From contig DAOVXQ010000001.1 in the NCBI GenBank assembly GCA_030636025.1, forward strand, positions 24,791 to 88,790: DNA of 64,000 bases, given 5' to 3'. The stretch is from an archaeon (GTDB lineage: Archaea; Nanobdellota; Nanobdellia; Pacearchaeales; GW2011-AR1). Of the stretch, positions 9,833 to 20,522 are shown piece after piece. Each line of letters begins with the position of its first letter. The stretch's first letter is position 1. Under the pieces are notes generated by a model. The model searched no databases. It was given only the letters and a program-made list of their open reading frames with translations, and was not told the origin of the DNA. Both the position numbers and the translations under genes were made by a program.

Positions 9833-10214
9833 AAAAATTTATTAAAGTTTCTAAATCAACATTATTTATTTTAATATCATTTAGTTCGGTTTTATCTATT
9901 AGGGCAAATCCTGCCCCTTCTTTTAATGATATTTTTGAAATATCATTAATACTCGCAGTATATATTTTTATGTTTCCTTTATATTTATCTCCTAAATTAT
10001 AATTCTTAGAACCATAAAATTTTGGATTTATTGTTATTCCTGTTTCTTCAAAAATCTCTCTAACAACTGCTTCTTTAGGTTTTTCATTATTTTCTATTTC
10101 TCCTCCAAAAATTCCCCACGCTCCCCGAGTTGAGGGATAATCTAATGTTTTCTTCTGCAAAAGAACCTCATTTCTATCATTCAATATTATACATTCCACC
10201 ACATTTCTATCCAT
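9813..10214 (-). CDS. NUDIX hydrolase
   Basis: Nudix box GGEIENNEKPKEAVVREIFEETGI. Confidence 0.9.
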   Translation of the reverse strand: MDRNVVECIILNDRNEVLLQKKTLDYPSTRGAWGIFGGEIENNEKPKEAVVREIFEETGITINPKFYGSKNYNLGDKYKGNIKIYTASINDISKISLKEGAGFALIDKTELNDIKINNVDLETLINFYEKNGN

Positions 10215-10584
10215 TTATCACATACTCCTTATCATTTACTTCTTTTGAAATATAAGGCCATTGTGTGCATTCTATCATCACAGTATCTTCTAAAAATTTT
10301 GCCTTATGTGCAATTCTTGGCTCAATAGTTATCCTCTGACCTTTTTTTAAATTTATTTCCTGCCTTTCCTTTGTATCAATATTTTCAAAAATATATTCTG
10401 CTTCCCCATGTAATAAATAAAAAGTTTCACTATAATTGTGATAATGATTTCCAAGTATAGAACCCTCTTTTATTTTAAGTAATTTTAATTGCAAGGCAGT
10501 AAAATCCCCATTAAAAATAGGTGTCAGACTTCTTCTTTCATCTTCATGTGCTGGTTCAATTTCTTTATAATCTAATCCTTTCAT
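10207..10584 (-). CDS. Cupin-domain protein (sugar isomerase/epimerase-like)
   Basis: HEDERR, LGNHYHNYSETFYLLHG, IEPRIAH cupin metal motifs. Confidence 0.75.
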   Translation of the reverse strand: MKGLDYKEIEPAHEDERRSLTPIFNGDFTALQLKLLKIKEGSILGNHYHNYSETFYLLHGEAEYIFENIDTKERQEINLKKGQRITIEPRIAHKAKFLEDTVMIECTQWPYISKEVNDKEYVING

Positions 10585-11138
10585 TTTAATTCTGCATATT
10601 TTTCTATTTGTGCTTTTGTTCCTCCTGTAGGCACTTCAACTAAAATTGTAGACTTATCATTATACAATGCATTTTTGTAAACAGGGATAACGTCCTCTGC
10701 CTTTCTTATTTTAATAACCTCTATGTTTTTACATATGATTTCTAAGGCATTTGTATAATCTGAACAATGTTGAATTCCAGGATATAATGGTTTTGTGTTT
10801 CCTATCTGAGTTCTCATAATCACCTTGGGATTATATTCCCCATGGCTCATTTCTTTAATTTTATCTAGGTGGTTTACTAATTGATTCATCCCACATATTA
10901 AAAAATCTATTCTTGGATAAATACTTATTGGAATATATCCCTTTAAACTTAGTCCTATTGAAATCCCCATCTGCATATCCTCTGCCACAGGCATTTCTAT
11001 TTTCTTTTCTAAAGGAACATTTTCAAGACTCATATGCATTGGACTGCCAGGATACAAAACTGTCTGACCCATAAAAATTGTTCTTTTATCTTCTGCAAGA
11101 ATTTCCATTGCTTTTTTTGTTTGTTTTTTATAATCCAT
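10581..11138 (-). CDS. TPP-dependent E1 beta-like subunit, pyrimidine-binding domain only (185 aa)
   Basis: IEMPVAEDMQMGISIG (catalytic Glu), RIDFL..MNQLVN, GIQHCSD; lacks the C-terminal transketolase domain. Confidence 0.8.
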   Translation of the reverse strand: MDYKKQTKKAMEILAEDKRTIFMGQTVLYPGSPMHMSLENVPLEKKIEMPVAEDMQMGISIGLSLKGYIPISIYPRIDFLICGMNQLVNHLDKIKEMSHGEYNPKVIMRTQIGNTKPLYPGIQHCSDYTNALEIICKNIEVIKIRKAEDVIPVYKNALYNDKSTILVEVPTGGTKAQIEKYAELK

Positions 11139-11139
11139 T

Positions 11140-11748
11140 TTAAAAATCCACCCATTTACCTATTCCATAATGGGGATATCTCCTCTCATATTCATATTTT
11201 ATTATATCTGCCCTTCCATTTTTCCAGACCTCATTTGTAGGAGTATAAACTCCAATTCCATTATCTTCGACTACAAAAGTTATTGGTAAATCTTGCCCCC
11301 CTGCATATTGCGTACATTCACTAAATGCTCCCATCTTTGAAGCCATATCTCCAACAAAACACCAAACATGCTCTCCCGAATTTTTTTGCCTTATTCCCAT
11401 TGCAGTTCCAACTGCGATAGGCAGAATCCCCCCAACAATTGCTGATGAAAATATTTTGTATTGATTGCTATTTGCATGTATGCTCCTATCTTCTAAAATT
11501 TCATTTTTTAACCACTCCGGATTTTTGCTTTTTAATAAAGCATGATAATGGCTTCTCCATGTCGAAAAAACCCAATCTTCATCTTTTACATTTTTAAAAA
11601 TTTCAATTAATTGGTCTTCATTTCCACCAGAAAGATGAATCGGACTATGTATTTTTCCAGCCTCATATAAATCCACTATTTCTTTTTCAAAATTCATCAA
11701 ATATTCTTTATCTATACTAACTTTTTCAATTAAATCTTGTTTATCCAT
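11140..11748 (-). CDS. TPP-dependent E1 alpha-like subunit, miniature (202 aa)
   Basis: IHLSGGNE, FSTWRSHYH, SAIVGG, TPP motif GDMASKMG...EDNG. Confidence 0.85.
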   Translation of the reverse strand: MDKQDLIEKVSIDKEYLMNFEKEIVDLYEAGKIHSPIHLSGGNEDQLIEIFKNVKDEDWVFSTWRSHYHALLKSKNPEWLKNEILEDRSIHANSNQYKIFSSAIVGGILPIAVGTAMGIRQKNSGEHVWCFVGDMASKMGAFSECTQYAGGQDLPITFVVEDNGIGVYTPTNEVWKNGRADIIKYEYERRYPHYGIGKWVDF

Positions 11749-11757
11749 TTTTATTAA

Positions 11758-12714
11758 TTATTTTATATTTTTTTGATACCAATTCATTGTTTTTCTTATT
11801 CCTTCTTCTAAACTAACTTTGGGTGTCCATCCAAAATCATTTTTAGCTTTAGTGCAATCAAAACATAAACTCGTTTTTATTGTCGGTTTTGAAGTATCAT
11901 ATTCTATATTAATATTCTTGCCTGAAATGTCAATCATTTTTTTAACAAGATTACTAACAGAAACAGCTTCTCCAGAACCAACATTATATAACTCATAACC
12001 TGTTTGTTGATCATCTACAGCCATACTAACAAAATCAACTAAGTCATCAATATACAAAAAATCTCTTTTTTCTTTTCCATCTCCCCAAACAACTAATTTT
12101 TCATTTTTATTATTCATAACTTTAGTAATTGTTGCTCCAAAAACATGAGATTTTTCTAAGTCAAATTTATCATAAGGCCCATAAACATTTGCCTGCCTTA
12201 TTACAGTATGTTTGGTTTTTCCTAATCTTGAAAAAAATTCACACATCTTTTCAATATAAATTTTAGTATGTCCAACCCCAAAATAATTTGGAAGAAGTTC
12301 CTGGTTGGGATTAAAATCAGTCTCCTTTAAAGGTTTTTCACTTGGTTGATACATCACAGTAGAACTTGGAAAAATAAAATGTTCAACATTATTATCAAAT
12401 GCAGACCTTAATAATAATGAGTTCATTACCGCATTATCTGTTACATGGATATAAGGTTTTGTAACAATATCTTTTGAACCAGAAGTTGTAGAAGCATCTT
12501 GGATAATTATATTTTTTCCAGCAACAATCCCTTGAACATCTTTAGAATCAAGAAGATTTGCATGAACCATCTCAACATTATCTATTTTTGGAGGTTTAGA
12601 TTTAAAATAAGTCCCAGTAACTTCAAAATTTTCTCTTTTTCCAAATCTTTCTGCAACATTTCTGCCAATAAATCCTGTTGCACCACAAACTAAAACCTTT
12701 TTTTTACTATTCAT
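11758..12714 (-). CDS. NAD-dependent epimerase/dehydratase (GDP-fucose synthase-like)
   Basis: CGATGFIG, YFGVGHTK, NVYGPYDKFD..SHV, VWGDG..RDFLYIDD. Confidence 0.8.
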   Translation of the reverse strand: MNSKKKVLVCGATGFIGRNVAERFGKRENFEVTGTYFKSKPPKIDNVEMVHANLLDSKDVQGIVAGKNIIIQDASTTSGSKDIVTKPYIHVTDNAVMNSLLLRSAFDNNVEHFIFPSSTVMYQPSEKPLKETDFNPNQELLPNYFGVGHTKIYIEKMCEFFSRLGKTKHTVIRQANVYGPYDKFDLEKSHVFGATITKVMNNKNEKLVVWGDGKEKRDFLYIDDLVDFVSMAVDDQQTGYELYNVGSGEAVSVSNLVKKMIDISGKNINIEYDTSKPTIKTSLCFDCTKAKNDFGWTPKVSLEEGIRKTMNWYQKNIK

Positions 12715-14186
12715 TTTTTATCTCCAAGAAGTTTTCTTTTAAGATTAATTTTTGTCATCTCTTCTAAATGGGTCCTGCCCTCTTTTCCAAATTTATCTTC
12801 AATTAGTTTAAGATATCTCGGATTTTTATAGTAAGTATCAAAAGCATAATCTCTAAATTCAAGAACTTCTGCAGGACTAAGATTATCTGTTGGAAGAGGT
12901 AAAAAATTATAACCATGCTGAGAAAAATCAACCCACCTTTTAGGTAGTTCTATTCCTTGTTTAACAGAATTATCATAAAGAGGAGACCCCGGATAAGCAG
13001 TAGTGCAATACATTGTTTGCCATTCACAATTTAATTCCATTGCAAAATTAAGATTCCTTTGCATACTATCATAATTATCTCCAGGCAAACCAAACATACA
13101 GTGTCCAATAATATTTATCCCCTCATCTTTTGTTTGTTGAACCACTCGCCGTATATCTTCTTTTGTAAATTGACCTTTATTAACTTTCGCCCTGCTTTTA
13201 TCATCTCCTGTTTCTGTTCCATAAGCAAGCCAATTGAAACCTGCCTTTTTTAATTTACTTAAATATTCTTTCTTAGTTGTATCTATTCTTCCATAAGACC
13301 AGATATTTAAATCATAATTTCTTTCTATAAGCCCCTCTGCAATAGGAACAAAATGGTTTGGATTAATAATAAATAATTCATCAATAATTTTTAAATTTTT
13401 TACATCGTATTTATTTACTAAAGTATCTATTTGATCAAGAACCCATTCTGGTTTCCAATTTCTTTGTTTTCTTTCACCAAAGGTAGACCAAATTGCACAA
13501 AAATCACATGAAAAAGGACAACCCAAACTTGTAGAAATAGAAGCATAATTTGCTCTGGAATCAAAGTTTCCTAAACATTGCCAGTTGTGTGCCAAATATT
13601 TATCCATTGGTAAAAGATTCCAGGAAACTTCTCCTAACTCTTGTGTTAAGTTTTCAATATTCTTTGGTCTGGGATTTCCCCTTATTTCTTGGTTGTCTCT
13701 CCACCAAAGTCCAGGTATCTTTTTCAATGGTGCTTTTTCTAATAATCCTTGTAATGTAAGAAATCCTTCTCCTTGTCCAACATAATCACATACTTCTTCA
13801 TCCATAGTTCTTCTTGGAAGAGCAGAAGGATGCAATCCTGTAAGAATAACTTTTGTTTTAGGTGCTTCTTCCTTAATCTTTGTGCAAAGTTCACCAACCG
13901 CAGTCATTAATTGTGTTGATGCAGCGGGTTGTTGACCATATACTATGATATTAGTTAATTTAGGATTTATTAACAAAATCTTTTCAGCTGTTTCAGTATG
14001 TGTAAGATTTTCAGCATTTGCATCAATAATATTCACTCCAAAACCTTTTTTTTTAATAAATCCTGCAGTTAATGCTGCCCAAAAAGGAGGTTCAATTGCA
14101 GAATATGTTTTGCTTAAATCTTGATAAACATCTTTTTTAATTCCCCCACCAACATTTACAAGGGTTAAATCTATCTGTCTATTCAT
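12711..14186 (-). CDS. B12-binding domain radical SAM protein
   Basis: EPPFWAA, TGLHPSALP, GEG, SLGCPFSCDFC, DELF, MFGLPGD, AYPGSPLY. Confidence 0.9.
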   Translation of the reverse strand: MNRQIDLTLVNVGGGIKKDVYQDLSKTYSAIEPPFWAALTAGFIKKKGFGVNIIDANAENLTHTETAEKILLINPKLTNIIVYGQQPAASTQLMTAVGELCTKIKEEAPKTKVILTGLHPSALPRRTMDEEVCDYVGQGEGFLTLQGLLEKAPLKKIPGLWWRDNQEIRGNPRPKNIENLTQELGEVSWNLLPMDKYLAHNWQCLGNFDSRANYASISTSLGCPFSCDFCAIWSTFGERKQRNWKPEWVLDQIDTLVNKYDVKNLKIIDELFIINPNHFVPIAEGLIERNYDLNIWSYGRIDTTKKEYLSKLKKAGFNWLAYGTETGDDKSRAKVNKGQFTKEDIRRVVQQTKDEGINIIGHCMFGLPGDNYDSMQRNLNFAMELNCEWQTMYCTTAYPGSPLYDNSVKQGIELPKRWVDFSQHGYNFLPLPTDNLSPAEVLEFRDYAFDTYYKNPRYLKLIEDKFGKEGRTHLEEMTKINLKRKLLGDKK

Positions 14187-14281
14187 TTTATTATCCCTTT
14201 TTTAATATAATTCATAATCATTTTTAATAATTCTTATTTTTAAAGATTTAGTAGTTTAAAAATATAGTATTCCTATATTAG

Positions 14282-14905
14282 TTAAAAACTTTTACTTTCT
14301 CCTCCATCTACAGTAATGCATGAACCATTAATGTGTTTGGCCTTATTTGAACATAAAAAAGTAACTATTCCTGCAACATCTTCTGGCTTTCCTTTTCCAG
14401 AGTAATTTTTTGTTCCAATATCTATTGGTCCTGGTGCTATAGTATTAAAAGTAATTCCTTCATATTTCCCAGCAAGGCATTTCATTAAACTTATTTCTGC
14501 AGCTTTAGCCATATTAAACCAGGGTTTTCCTCCAGATTCTTTTCCATAAATAGAAGCGATAGTAATTACTCTCCCCCATTTTTGCTTTTTCATATAGGGA
14601 AGACATTTCATAGTTAGTTTTCTGGCAACTCCTGCATTTTTTTCATAAACTTCTTCCCATTCATCAAATTTTTCATAATTTTCACTTCCCCATCTTCCAC
14701 CACCTCCAACATTGTTTATTAAAATATCATAGTTTCCATTAATCTTGGTTAAATCATCTTTTAAAACATCTACTATAATTCCTTTAGTTCTTGAACAAAT
14801 ATCAACTAAGCACCCCTCTTTTTTTAGTTCTTCTGCTATTGCTTTTCCAATTCCCTTGCTTCCACCAGTAACAAGCGCATATTTTCCTTCAAGATTTAAT
14901 TCCAT
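14282..14905 (-). CDS. Short-chain dehydrogenase/reductase (FabG-like fold)
   Basis: TGGSKGIG, INNVGG, catalytic YxxxK appears as FNMAK, VDGG. Confidence 0.85.
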   Translation of the reverse strand: MELNLEGKYALVTGGSKGIGKAIAEELKKEGCLVDICSRTKGIIVDVLKDDLTKINGNYDILINNVGGGGRWGSENYEKFDEWEEVYEKNAGVARKLTMKCLPYMKKQKWGRVITIASIYGKESGGKPWFNMAKAAEISLMKCLAGKYEGITFNTIAPGPIDIGTKNYSGKGKPEDVAGIVTFLCSNKAKHINGSCITVDGGESKSF

Positions 14906-15597
14906 TTTTTTAAATCATATTTATTTAAATCAAGAGGTTTAGGGGTACAGTATAAAATCCCCCGATAAGTAAGTCGAGGGGTTGAATGAGCATACATTAT
15001 ATTATCCAAGGTTTCGGTATCAGAAGATAATCCTTTTATACTTTTAACATCCCTCTCTTCTATTATGTCGCAGGTTGCCAATTCATTTGTATAAAAATTA
15101 AAATTAGGATTCACTTTTTTTAAAAGACCCCCAACAACATTCATTCCAAGGGGCTCTCCATCATAATTACAATGTCCTAGTCCATTATCAAAATCATGTA
15201 TGCAGACTACACAATTTTCAAAACCCTCTAATGATTTTAATTCTCCTTGAACCACCCATTTATCTTCTTTTGGTAATAAAGGATCATAAAAATGTGCATC
15301 TAAATACATAAACACAGTATCTTTTCTTCCAGTTTTTTTATAATTCTTAATAAAATCTTTTAAAAACTTTGGACTAGACTTTTTTTCAATAAATACATTA
15401 TTTAACTTTTTGATTTTTTCCATAGCTATCTTTAAATATTCCTCTTTTATATCACAAGACAGCACATCTTTAAAATTATGAGAATGAAATTTAGCATTTA
15501 TCCCCATAAATGCTCCTGTTTCAATAAATGTAGAAATATTAAATTCATCTCTTAATTTAATTATTTGCTTAATTGCCGTTCTGTCTAACCAACACAT
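14896..15597 (-). CDS. Hypothetical protein, possible class I SAM-dependent methyltransferase fold
   Basis: TFIETGAFMG, SCDI, YLDAH, IHDF resemble methyltransferase motifs I, II and IV. Confidence 0.5.
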   Translation of the reverse strand: MCWLDRTAIKQIIKLRDEFNISTFIETGAFMGINAKFHSHNFKDVLSCDIKEEYLKIAMEKIKKLNNVFIEKKSSPKFLKDFIKNYKKTGRKDTVFMYLDAHFYDPLLPKEDKWVVQGELKSLEGFENCVVCIHDFDNGLGHCNYDGEPLGMNVVGGLLKKVNPNFNFYTNELATCDIIEERDVKSIKGLSSDTETLDNIMYAHSTPRLTYRGILYCTPKPLDLNKYDLKKWN

Positions 15598-15715
15598 AAG
15601 AAATTGTTGTAGAGATCATTTTTAAGTTTTTATATAGTTAAAAAGAATAGTAATCCTACTTATTTGTTAAATTAAAAATACATAATTTTTATAAGGCAAA
15701 AAAAACTAAATATCT

Positions 15716-17395
15716 ATGTCAAAACAGAACAGAAAACCCAAACCAAAAACACCTAAAATAAACAAAATACTTTTTGCAGAAACAGAAAATAAATATTTTT
15801 TTCTTTATCATCATTGGTATCTCCCATTAAAAAAAAGATGTAATAAGTTAATTTCATTTGATTGGAGATATAATCTCCTTATATATGGAAAAAAGGAAAT
15901 GAATAAAAGATTTCTTAAGATTATAGAAAAAGAAAAACCAGATTATGTTTTTTCATGGGCAAGGGGAGATGACACAGAACTTGAAATGTTATTAAAAATA
16001 AGAGAAATTTCTCCAAAAACAAAAACAATTCTTTTTTCAGGTGATGAAGACACGACTTTTGAAACTTTTTCAAGATATTTTATATTATTCTATGATTACG
16101 GACTAATATCTCCAAACCCTGAAAAATATATCCCAAAATATAATAAAGATGGAATAAAAAATATTTTCCCAATCATTGGAGCATTAAACACAGATTTTTT
16201 TAAACCAATAAATACTAAAAAAAAATATGATGTTACATTCATTGGTGCTTCGAGAGGAAAATTATCTAAAAGATATGAATATATTAAATTTTTAAAAGAT
16301 AATGGAATAAAAATAAAAGTATTTGGGTGGGGTTGGGACAAATATCCTAAATTAAAAGAGATTTATGGGGGCCCCTTAGAATCAGAAGAATTAGTAAAAG
16401 TCCTAAATCAAAGTAAGATAAGTTTATGTTTTTCAAAAGATGATTTTGGGAAAACAGAAGTAAAAGGAAAGCATTTTGAAACAGCAGCATGCAAAACATT
16501 TAGTTTAACAGAGTATTCTAAGGGATATTTAAAATATTTTAAGCAAAAAAAAGAGATTATTCTGTTTAAAGATAAAGAAGATTTATTAAAAAAAATAAAA
16601 TATTATCTTAAGCACAAAAAAGAAAGAGAAAGAATTGCAGAAGTAGCTTATAAAAAAATTATTAAAAATTATAATTTAGATATAGATTTAAAGAAGCTTT
16701 TTAAGGTGCAATCAAAAAAAGATTTTACTCATAAAAAACTTCCAAAAATAAATAAAAAAATTACCTCTTTATCTAAAAATGACTTAAATTTAAGTTTAGA
16801 AAAACTTAAAAACAAATTAAAAAATAAAGATTATATTATTTTAACGGATAGAAAATGTAAAAACCTCCCTTATAGAAAATATTTGCAGGCCTATTCCTTA
16901 GAAAAAACAAGAAAACCAATGAGTTGTTGTAATTATTATGTCCACTCTAAAATTTTAGGAGATTATCTGTATTTTATTACAAAAGATGCCTTTAAAAATC
17001 TCAATAAAGAAAATTTTAGTTCATTTTTAAATATAAATCAGTTTATGGTAACTAAAGATTATCTTTTAAACAATTTACAAAATTTTAAGAAAATTTTAAA
17101 TGGAAAAAAAATAGATTTTATAACTGAAAAAAATACTGCAATAATCGCCCTCCCATTGATAAGAATTAATAAAACTAAGATTAAAGATTATGAAACTATG
17201 AAAAAAGCATTTATTTTTTATTTTTTGTATAAATTATTTTCTTTAAAAATAAGAAAAAAGCCCGCCCTATTCTATTATATTTTTGCACTTTCCTTAGAAA
17301 TTCTTAGGGGAAAAAGATTTATCTTAGGGGCATTAATGAAAATATTAAAAGATAAGGATAAAAAAAATAAATTAAATAGTTATAAGAAAAAATAA
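15716..17395 (+). CDS. Glycosyltransferase (CgeB / Glyco_trans_1_2-like) with an extra C-terminal domain
   Basis: YDVTFIG, VFGWGW, NQSKISL, KHFETAAC, YYLKH..ERERIA. Confidence 0.8.
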   Translation: MSKQNRKPKPKTPKINKILFAETENKYFFLYHHWYLPLKKRCNKLISFDWRYNLLIYGKKEMNKRFLKIIEKEKPDYVFSWARGDDTELEMLLKIREISPKTKTILFSGDEDTTFETFSRYFILFYDYGLISPNPEKYIPKYNKDGIKNIFPIIGALNTDFFKPINTKKKYDVTFIGASRGKLSKRYEYIKFLKDNGIKIKVFGWGWDKYPKLKEIYGGPLESEELVKVLNQSKISLCFSKDDFGKTEVKGKHFETAACKTFSLTEYSKGYLKYFKQKKEIILFKDKEDLLKKIKYYLKHKKERERIAEVAYKKIIKNYNLDIDLKKLFKVQSKKDFTHKKLPKINKKITSLSKNDLNLSLEKLKNKLKNKDYIILTDRKCKNLPYRKYLQAYSLEKTRKPMSCCNYYVHSKILGDYLYFITKDAFKNLNKENFSSFLNINQFMVTKDYLLNNLQNFKKILNGKKIDFITEKNTAIIALPLIRINKTKIKDYETMKKAFIFYFLYKLFSLKIRKKPALFYYIFALSLEILRGKRFILGALMKILKDKDKKNKLNSYKKK

Positions 17396-18557
17396 TTTTA
17401 TTTTTTTGATGTTTTAAATTTACAATTTTTTTATAAAAATCCTCTAATTTTTTTATATTTTTACTCAATCTAAATTTTTCCTGAGCTTTTTTAACATTTT
17501 GTTGTAATTTTTCATAATTCTGTTGTTGAATAATTTTCTTAAGATTTTTTAAGTCAGAATAATCTATCAAAATACCAATTTTATTCTCTTTCACAATATC
17601 TGACATAACCTCACTCTGTCTATTTATAATTGTAGGCAATCCTGCCTCAATATAATTAAACATTTTCCCGGCCATAGATGTTTTAGGCCATATGGGATTT
17701 ATTATTGTGGCATCATAAAAATCAGGAAATATACCATAATTATATTTTGAAATTTTTTTGTTTAATTCTTCTGGTTTTTCCCTTTTATGAAAATGAAAAT
17801 ATTTATTTATTTTTTCTTCATTAAAAAACAAATTATTGTCCTTTTCCTGAACACAAGGACCATATGTATGGAAATGAATTTTTTGCGAGGTAACAGTTTT
17901 TACAATTTTTATAAATGGAATTCTACCTTCTTCAGAAGTTAAAGGCCCTCCAGGATAAATTACATGTAATTCTTTTTTTCTTTTTCCCCTTTTCGGAGGA
18001 TAAATCCATTCATCTAAACAATCTGGAGTGATTGCTAAATCTGGAACCCCTATTTTATATCTTAAAAAATTAAGTTCTCCAGAGGGACCTTTATGTAAAA
18101 CACCGTGAGCTTTTTTAAAAGATATTTTTTCAAAAATTTTCTGAAAAATCTTTTTCATCCTAAAACCTCCCGTGGTTCCTGTAGAAAATTCCCAGATATC
18201 ATAAGCAAAATATATTTTCGGCCTTTCTTTTTTTATTAAAAACATAAAAATCATAGTAAATAAATCCGGACCAGTAATATGAAAAACATAAGGATTTAAC
18301 TTCCTAATTTTCTTTAAAAAAATCCTGGCTTCTTTACTCGAAATTTTTTTAAAAAATTGAATTATCTTTTTTGGATGTATTTTATGCTCCAATTCAAAAA
18401 TAAGAATTTTATCAAATGCTTTTTTATAAAGATTTTCATCAACTTTAGAGAATGAAATAAGTGTTGTTTTATATTTCCCAGTTAATTTTAGGGCTCGTGC
18501 AAATTTTAAATTGACTATGCTTGGAACACGTTCCACAAAAACTATTTCTTTCTTCAT
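17319..18557 (-). CDS. GT-B fold glycosyltransferase (GT4-like)
   Basis: AYDIW, IYPGG, KMFNYIEAGLP..IV....IG. Confidence 0.7.
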   Translation of the reverse strand: MKKEIVFVERVPSIVNLKFARALKLTGKYKTTLISFSKVDENLYKKAFDKILIFELEHKIHPKKIIQFFKKISSKEARIFLKKIRKLNPYVFHITGPDLFTMIFMFLIKKERPKIYFAYDIWEFSTGTTGGFRMKKIFQKIFEKISFKKAHGVLHKGPSGELNFLRYKIGVPDLAITPDCLDEWIYPPKRGKRKKELHVIYPGGPLTSEEGRIPFIKIVKTVTSQKIHFHTYGPCVQEKDNNLFFNEEKINKYFHFHKREKPEELNKKISKYNYGIFPDFYDATIINPIWPKTSMAGKMFNYIEAGLPTIINRQSEVMSDIVKENKIGILIDYSDLKNLKKIIQQQNYEKLQQNVKKAQEKFRLSKNIKKLEDFYKKIVNLKHQKNKIIFSYNYLIYFFYPYLLIFSLMPLR

Positions 18558-19465
18558 TTTACATCTCTTATTTCTACAAGGGTTGTTCCTAATTCTTCTT
18601 TATTATTTGTTTTAACCTTTACATCGCAAGGATGACATTCCCCATATTTATTACAATGCCTAAAAATATCTTCTATTTGAAAAGAAGAGTTTAATAAGTT
18701 CCCCACAGGATTTTCACTCAATAATAAATCTCTTTGACATTTATAAACCTCCCCACAAGGATTAATCAAAAGATTTGAAGTTTTGCACATACACTCTAAA
18801 TTTTTTTCACTAGAAACAGCTTCAGGATATCTAGAAGAATTTCCATGAGTTATTGCAAATTCTCTATCCAGATTGTCTTTTCCTCCATAAACACCAATAA
18901 ATGATTTTGGCCTAAAACTAATCTCTTCTTTTTTACATCTTAGTGCCATCCTTTCTAAAGATTCTAATTGAGCAGGGGAAGGATACATTATACATTCTAT
19001 TCCTATATCAAAACCTGCTTTTTTTAGTTTACTTGTATTTTCTACTAATTTTTCTCCTTCACCCATTTGTTCTGGGTGATAACTAACTCTAATTGATGGA
19101 AAAGGCGAATGATTATTTATTCTTTCTGGAGAAACTTTTTCAATAAAATTATTAATTTTAACTTTATTCCACCAAAGATTTGTAACAATGTCGATTCCCA
19201 ATTCTGGTTTAATGTTATTGATTATATAGATAAAATCTTTATGTAATGATGGCTCTCCTCCAACTAAAGACATAGGGATTTCTTTTGGAGCTTCAATTCT
19301 ATTTATTGCTCTCACCCATTGTTCTCCAGAAATTTCATTGAATTTATCTCTGTAAAAATTATTACTTGACGCCTTATTAACACAAAAACTGCAATTAAGA
19401 TTGCACCGAAAAGTAAGAAATGCAGACATATAATTATATGATTTGGGCAATGTGATTTTTCCCAT
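18554..19465 (-). CDS. Radical SAM protein with a Cys-rich C-terminal (twitch/SPASM-like) region
   Basis: FRCNLNCSFC, GGEP; C-terminal C..GEVYKC..GNL..C..CHPCD. Confidence 0.85.
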   Translation of the reverse strand: MGKITLPKSYNYMSAFLTFRCNLNCSFCVNKASSNNFYRDKFNEISGEQWVRAINRIEAPKEIPMSLVGGEPSLHKDFIYIINNIKPELGIDIVTNLWWNKVKINNFIEKVSPERINNHSPFPSIRVSYHPEQMGEGEKLVENTSKLKKAGFDIGIECIMYPSPAQLESLERMALRCKKEEISFRPKSFIGVYGGKDNLDREFAITHGNSSRYPEAVSSEKNLECMCKTSNLLINPCGEVYKCQRDLLLSENPVGNLLNSSFQIEDIFRHCNKYGECHPCDVKVKTNNKEELGTTLVEIRDVK

Positions 19466-19466
19466 T

Positions 19467-20522
19467 TTAAGTAAAATTATCGTGAGGCAAAGGATATTTT
19501 ATTCTATGAAGATATCTATTTCCGGCATCACACCTGCATCCAGCCCTACAATTTTCAACCCCCTTTTCTCTTAATTTTTGTAATACTTCTTTTCTTTTAT
19601 CTCCTTCCCAAATTTCATTAAAAGAATTTTCATAAAGGTTTCCATAGGCAAATTCTGTATTTTCATAGAATAAATTACAAGGGAGAACATTTCCTTTTGA
19701 ATCAATCAAACTTATAAAGGGTAGACCATAGCATTCTGGGTAAGTAGTTTCTTCTTGTATTCTTTCCATAGTTGCTTCTCTAAATAAAACTTTAAAATCA
19801 TTATTTGAATACTTAGTCACAAGAGGTTTTAATTTATTATAGTCATCAGGATTAACAATCAAATCATTTTTACTTAATGGATGGTGAGAATAAGGTTTTA
19901 TAACTAAATAATCTGGTTTTATTTTACTTAATTTTCTTGTTAATTCTTCTGCAGTGTCTAAACTCTGAGGGATAACAAGAAATTGAGTCCCAATTGTAGC
20001 TTCTAATCCTTTTTCTTTTTTTAAATTAACAGATTCTTTTATATTATTCATTAATTTATCAAAATCTTGTTTTTTTGTTCCATGAGATTTAGAATAAACT
20101 TCTGAGTTTCCTGCATCTACACTAAATTTAACCCAAGAAAGATATGGAAGAATTTTTTCTCTTTTATCTTTATTAAAAAAAACTCCATTACTTGTTAAAG
20201 CTACATCCATTCCATATTCTTTTGACTTTTGAATAAATGTGGTTATGTCTTTATGTAGTAAGGGTTCTCCTTCCCCTCCAAACATAACAGACCTAATTTC
20301 ATGTTTTGCCATATCTTCCAGGGCATTTAACATTACATTAGAATCGATATCTGTTTTATGTTCAACCCAGTCTAATGCACAGAAAACACATTTTTGATTG
20401 CATCTGGCGGTTGCTCCAATCTCAATAGTTATCGGATAACAATCTCCAGTTTTATCCCATTGATTTACTTTATCTGGATGAAGATAAATTTTATGTCCAT
20501 CAATATCAGTTTTTGCCTTCAT
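19467..20522 (-). CDS. Radical SAM/SPASM domain protein
   Basis: ARCNQKCVFC, GEGEP, TSNG; SPASM CYG..GNVLPC..YGNL..FNEIW..C..CRC. Confidence 0.9.
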   Translation of the reverse strand: MKAKTDIDGHKIYLHPDKVNQWDKTGDCYPITIEIGATARCNQKCVFCALDWVEHKTDIDSNVMLNALEDMAKHEIRSVMFGGEGEPLLHKDITTFIQKSKEYGMDVALTSNGVFFNKDKREKILPYLSWVKFSVDAGNSEVYSKSHGTKKQDFDKLMNNIKESVNLKKEKGLEATIGTQFLVIPQSLDTAEELTRKLSKIKPDYLVIKPYSHHPLSKNDLIVNPDDYNKLKPLVTKYSNNDFKVLFREATMERIQEETTYPECYGLPFISLIDSKGNVLPCNLFYENTEFAYGNLYENSFNEIWEGDKRKEVLQKLREKGVENCRAGCRCDAGNRYLHRIKYPLPHDNFT

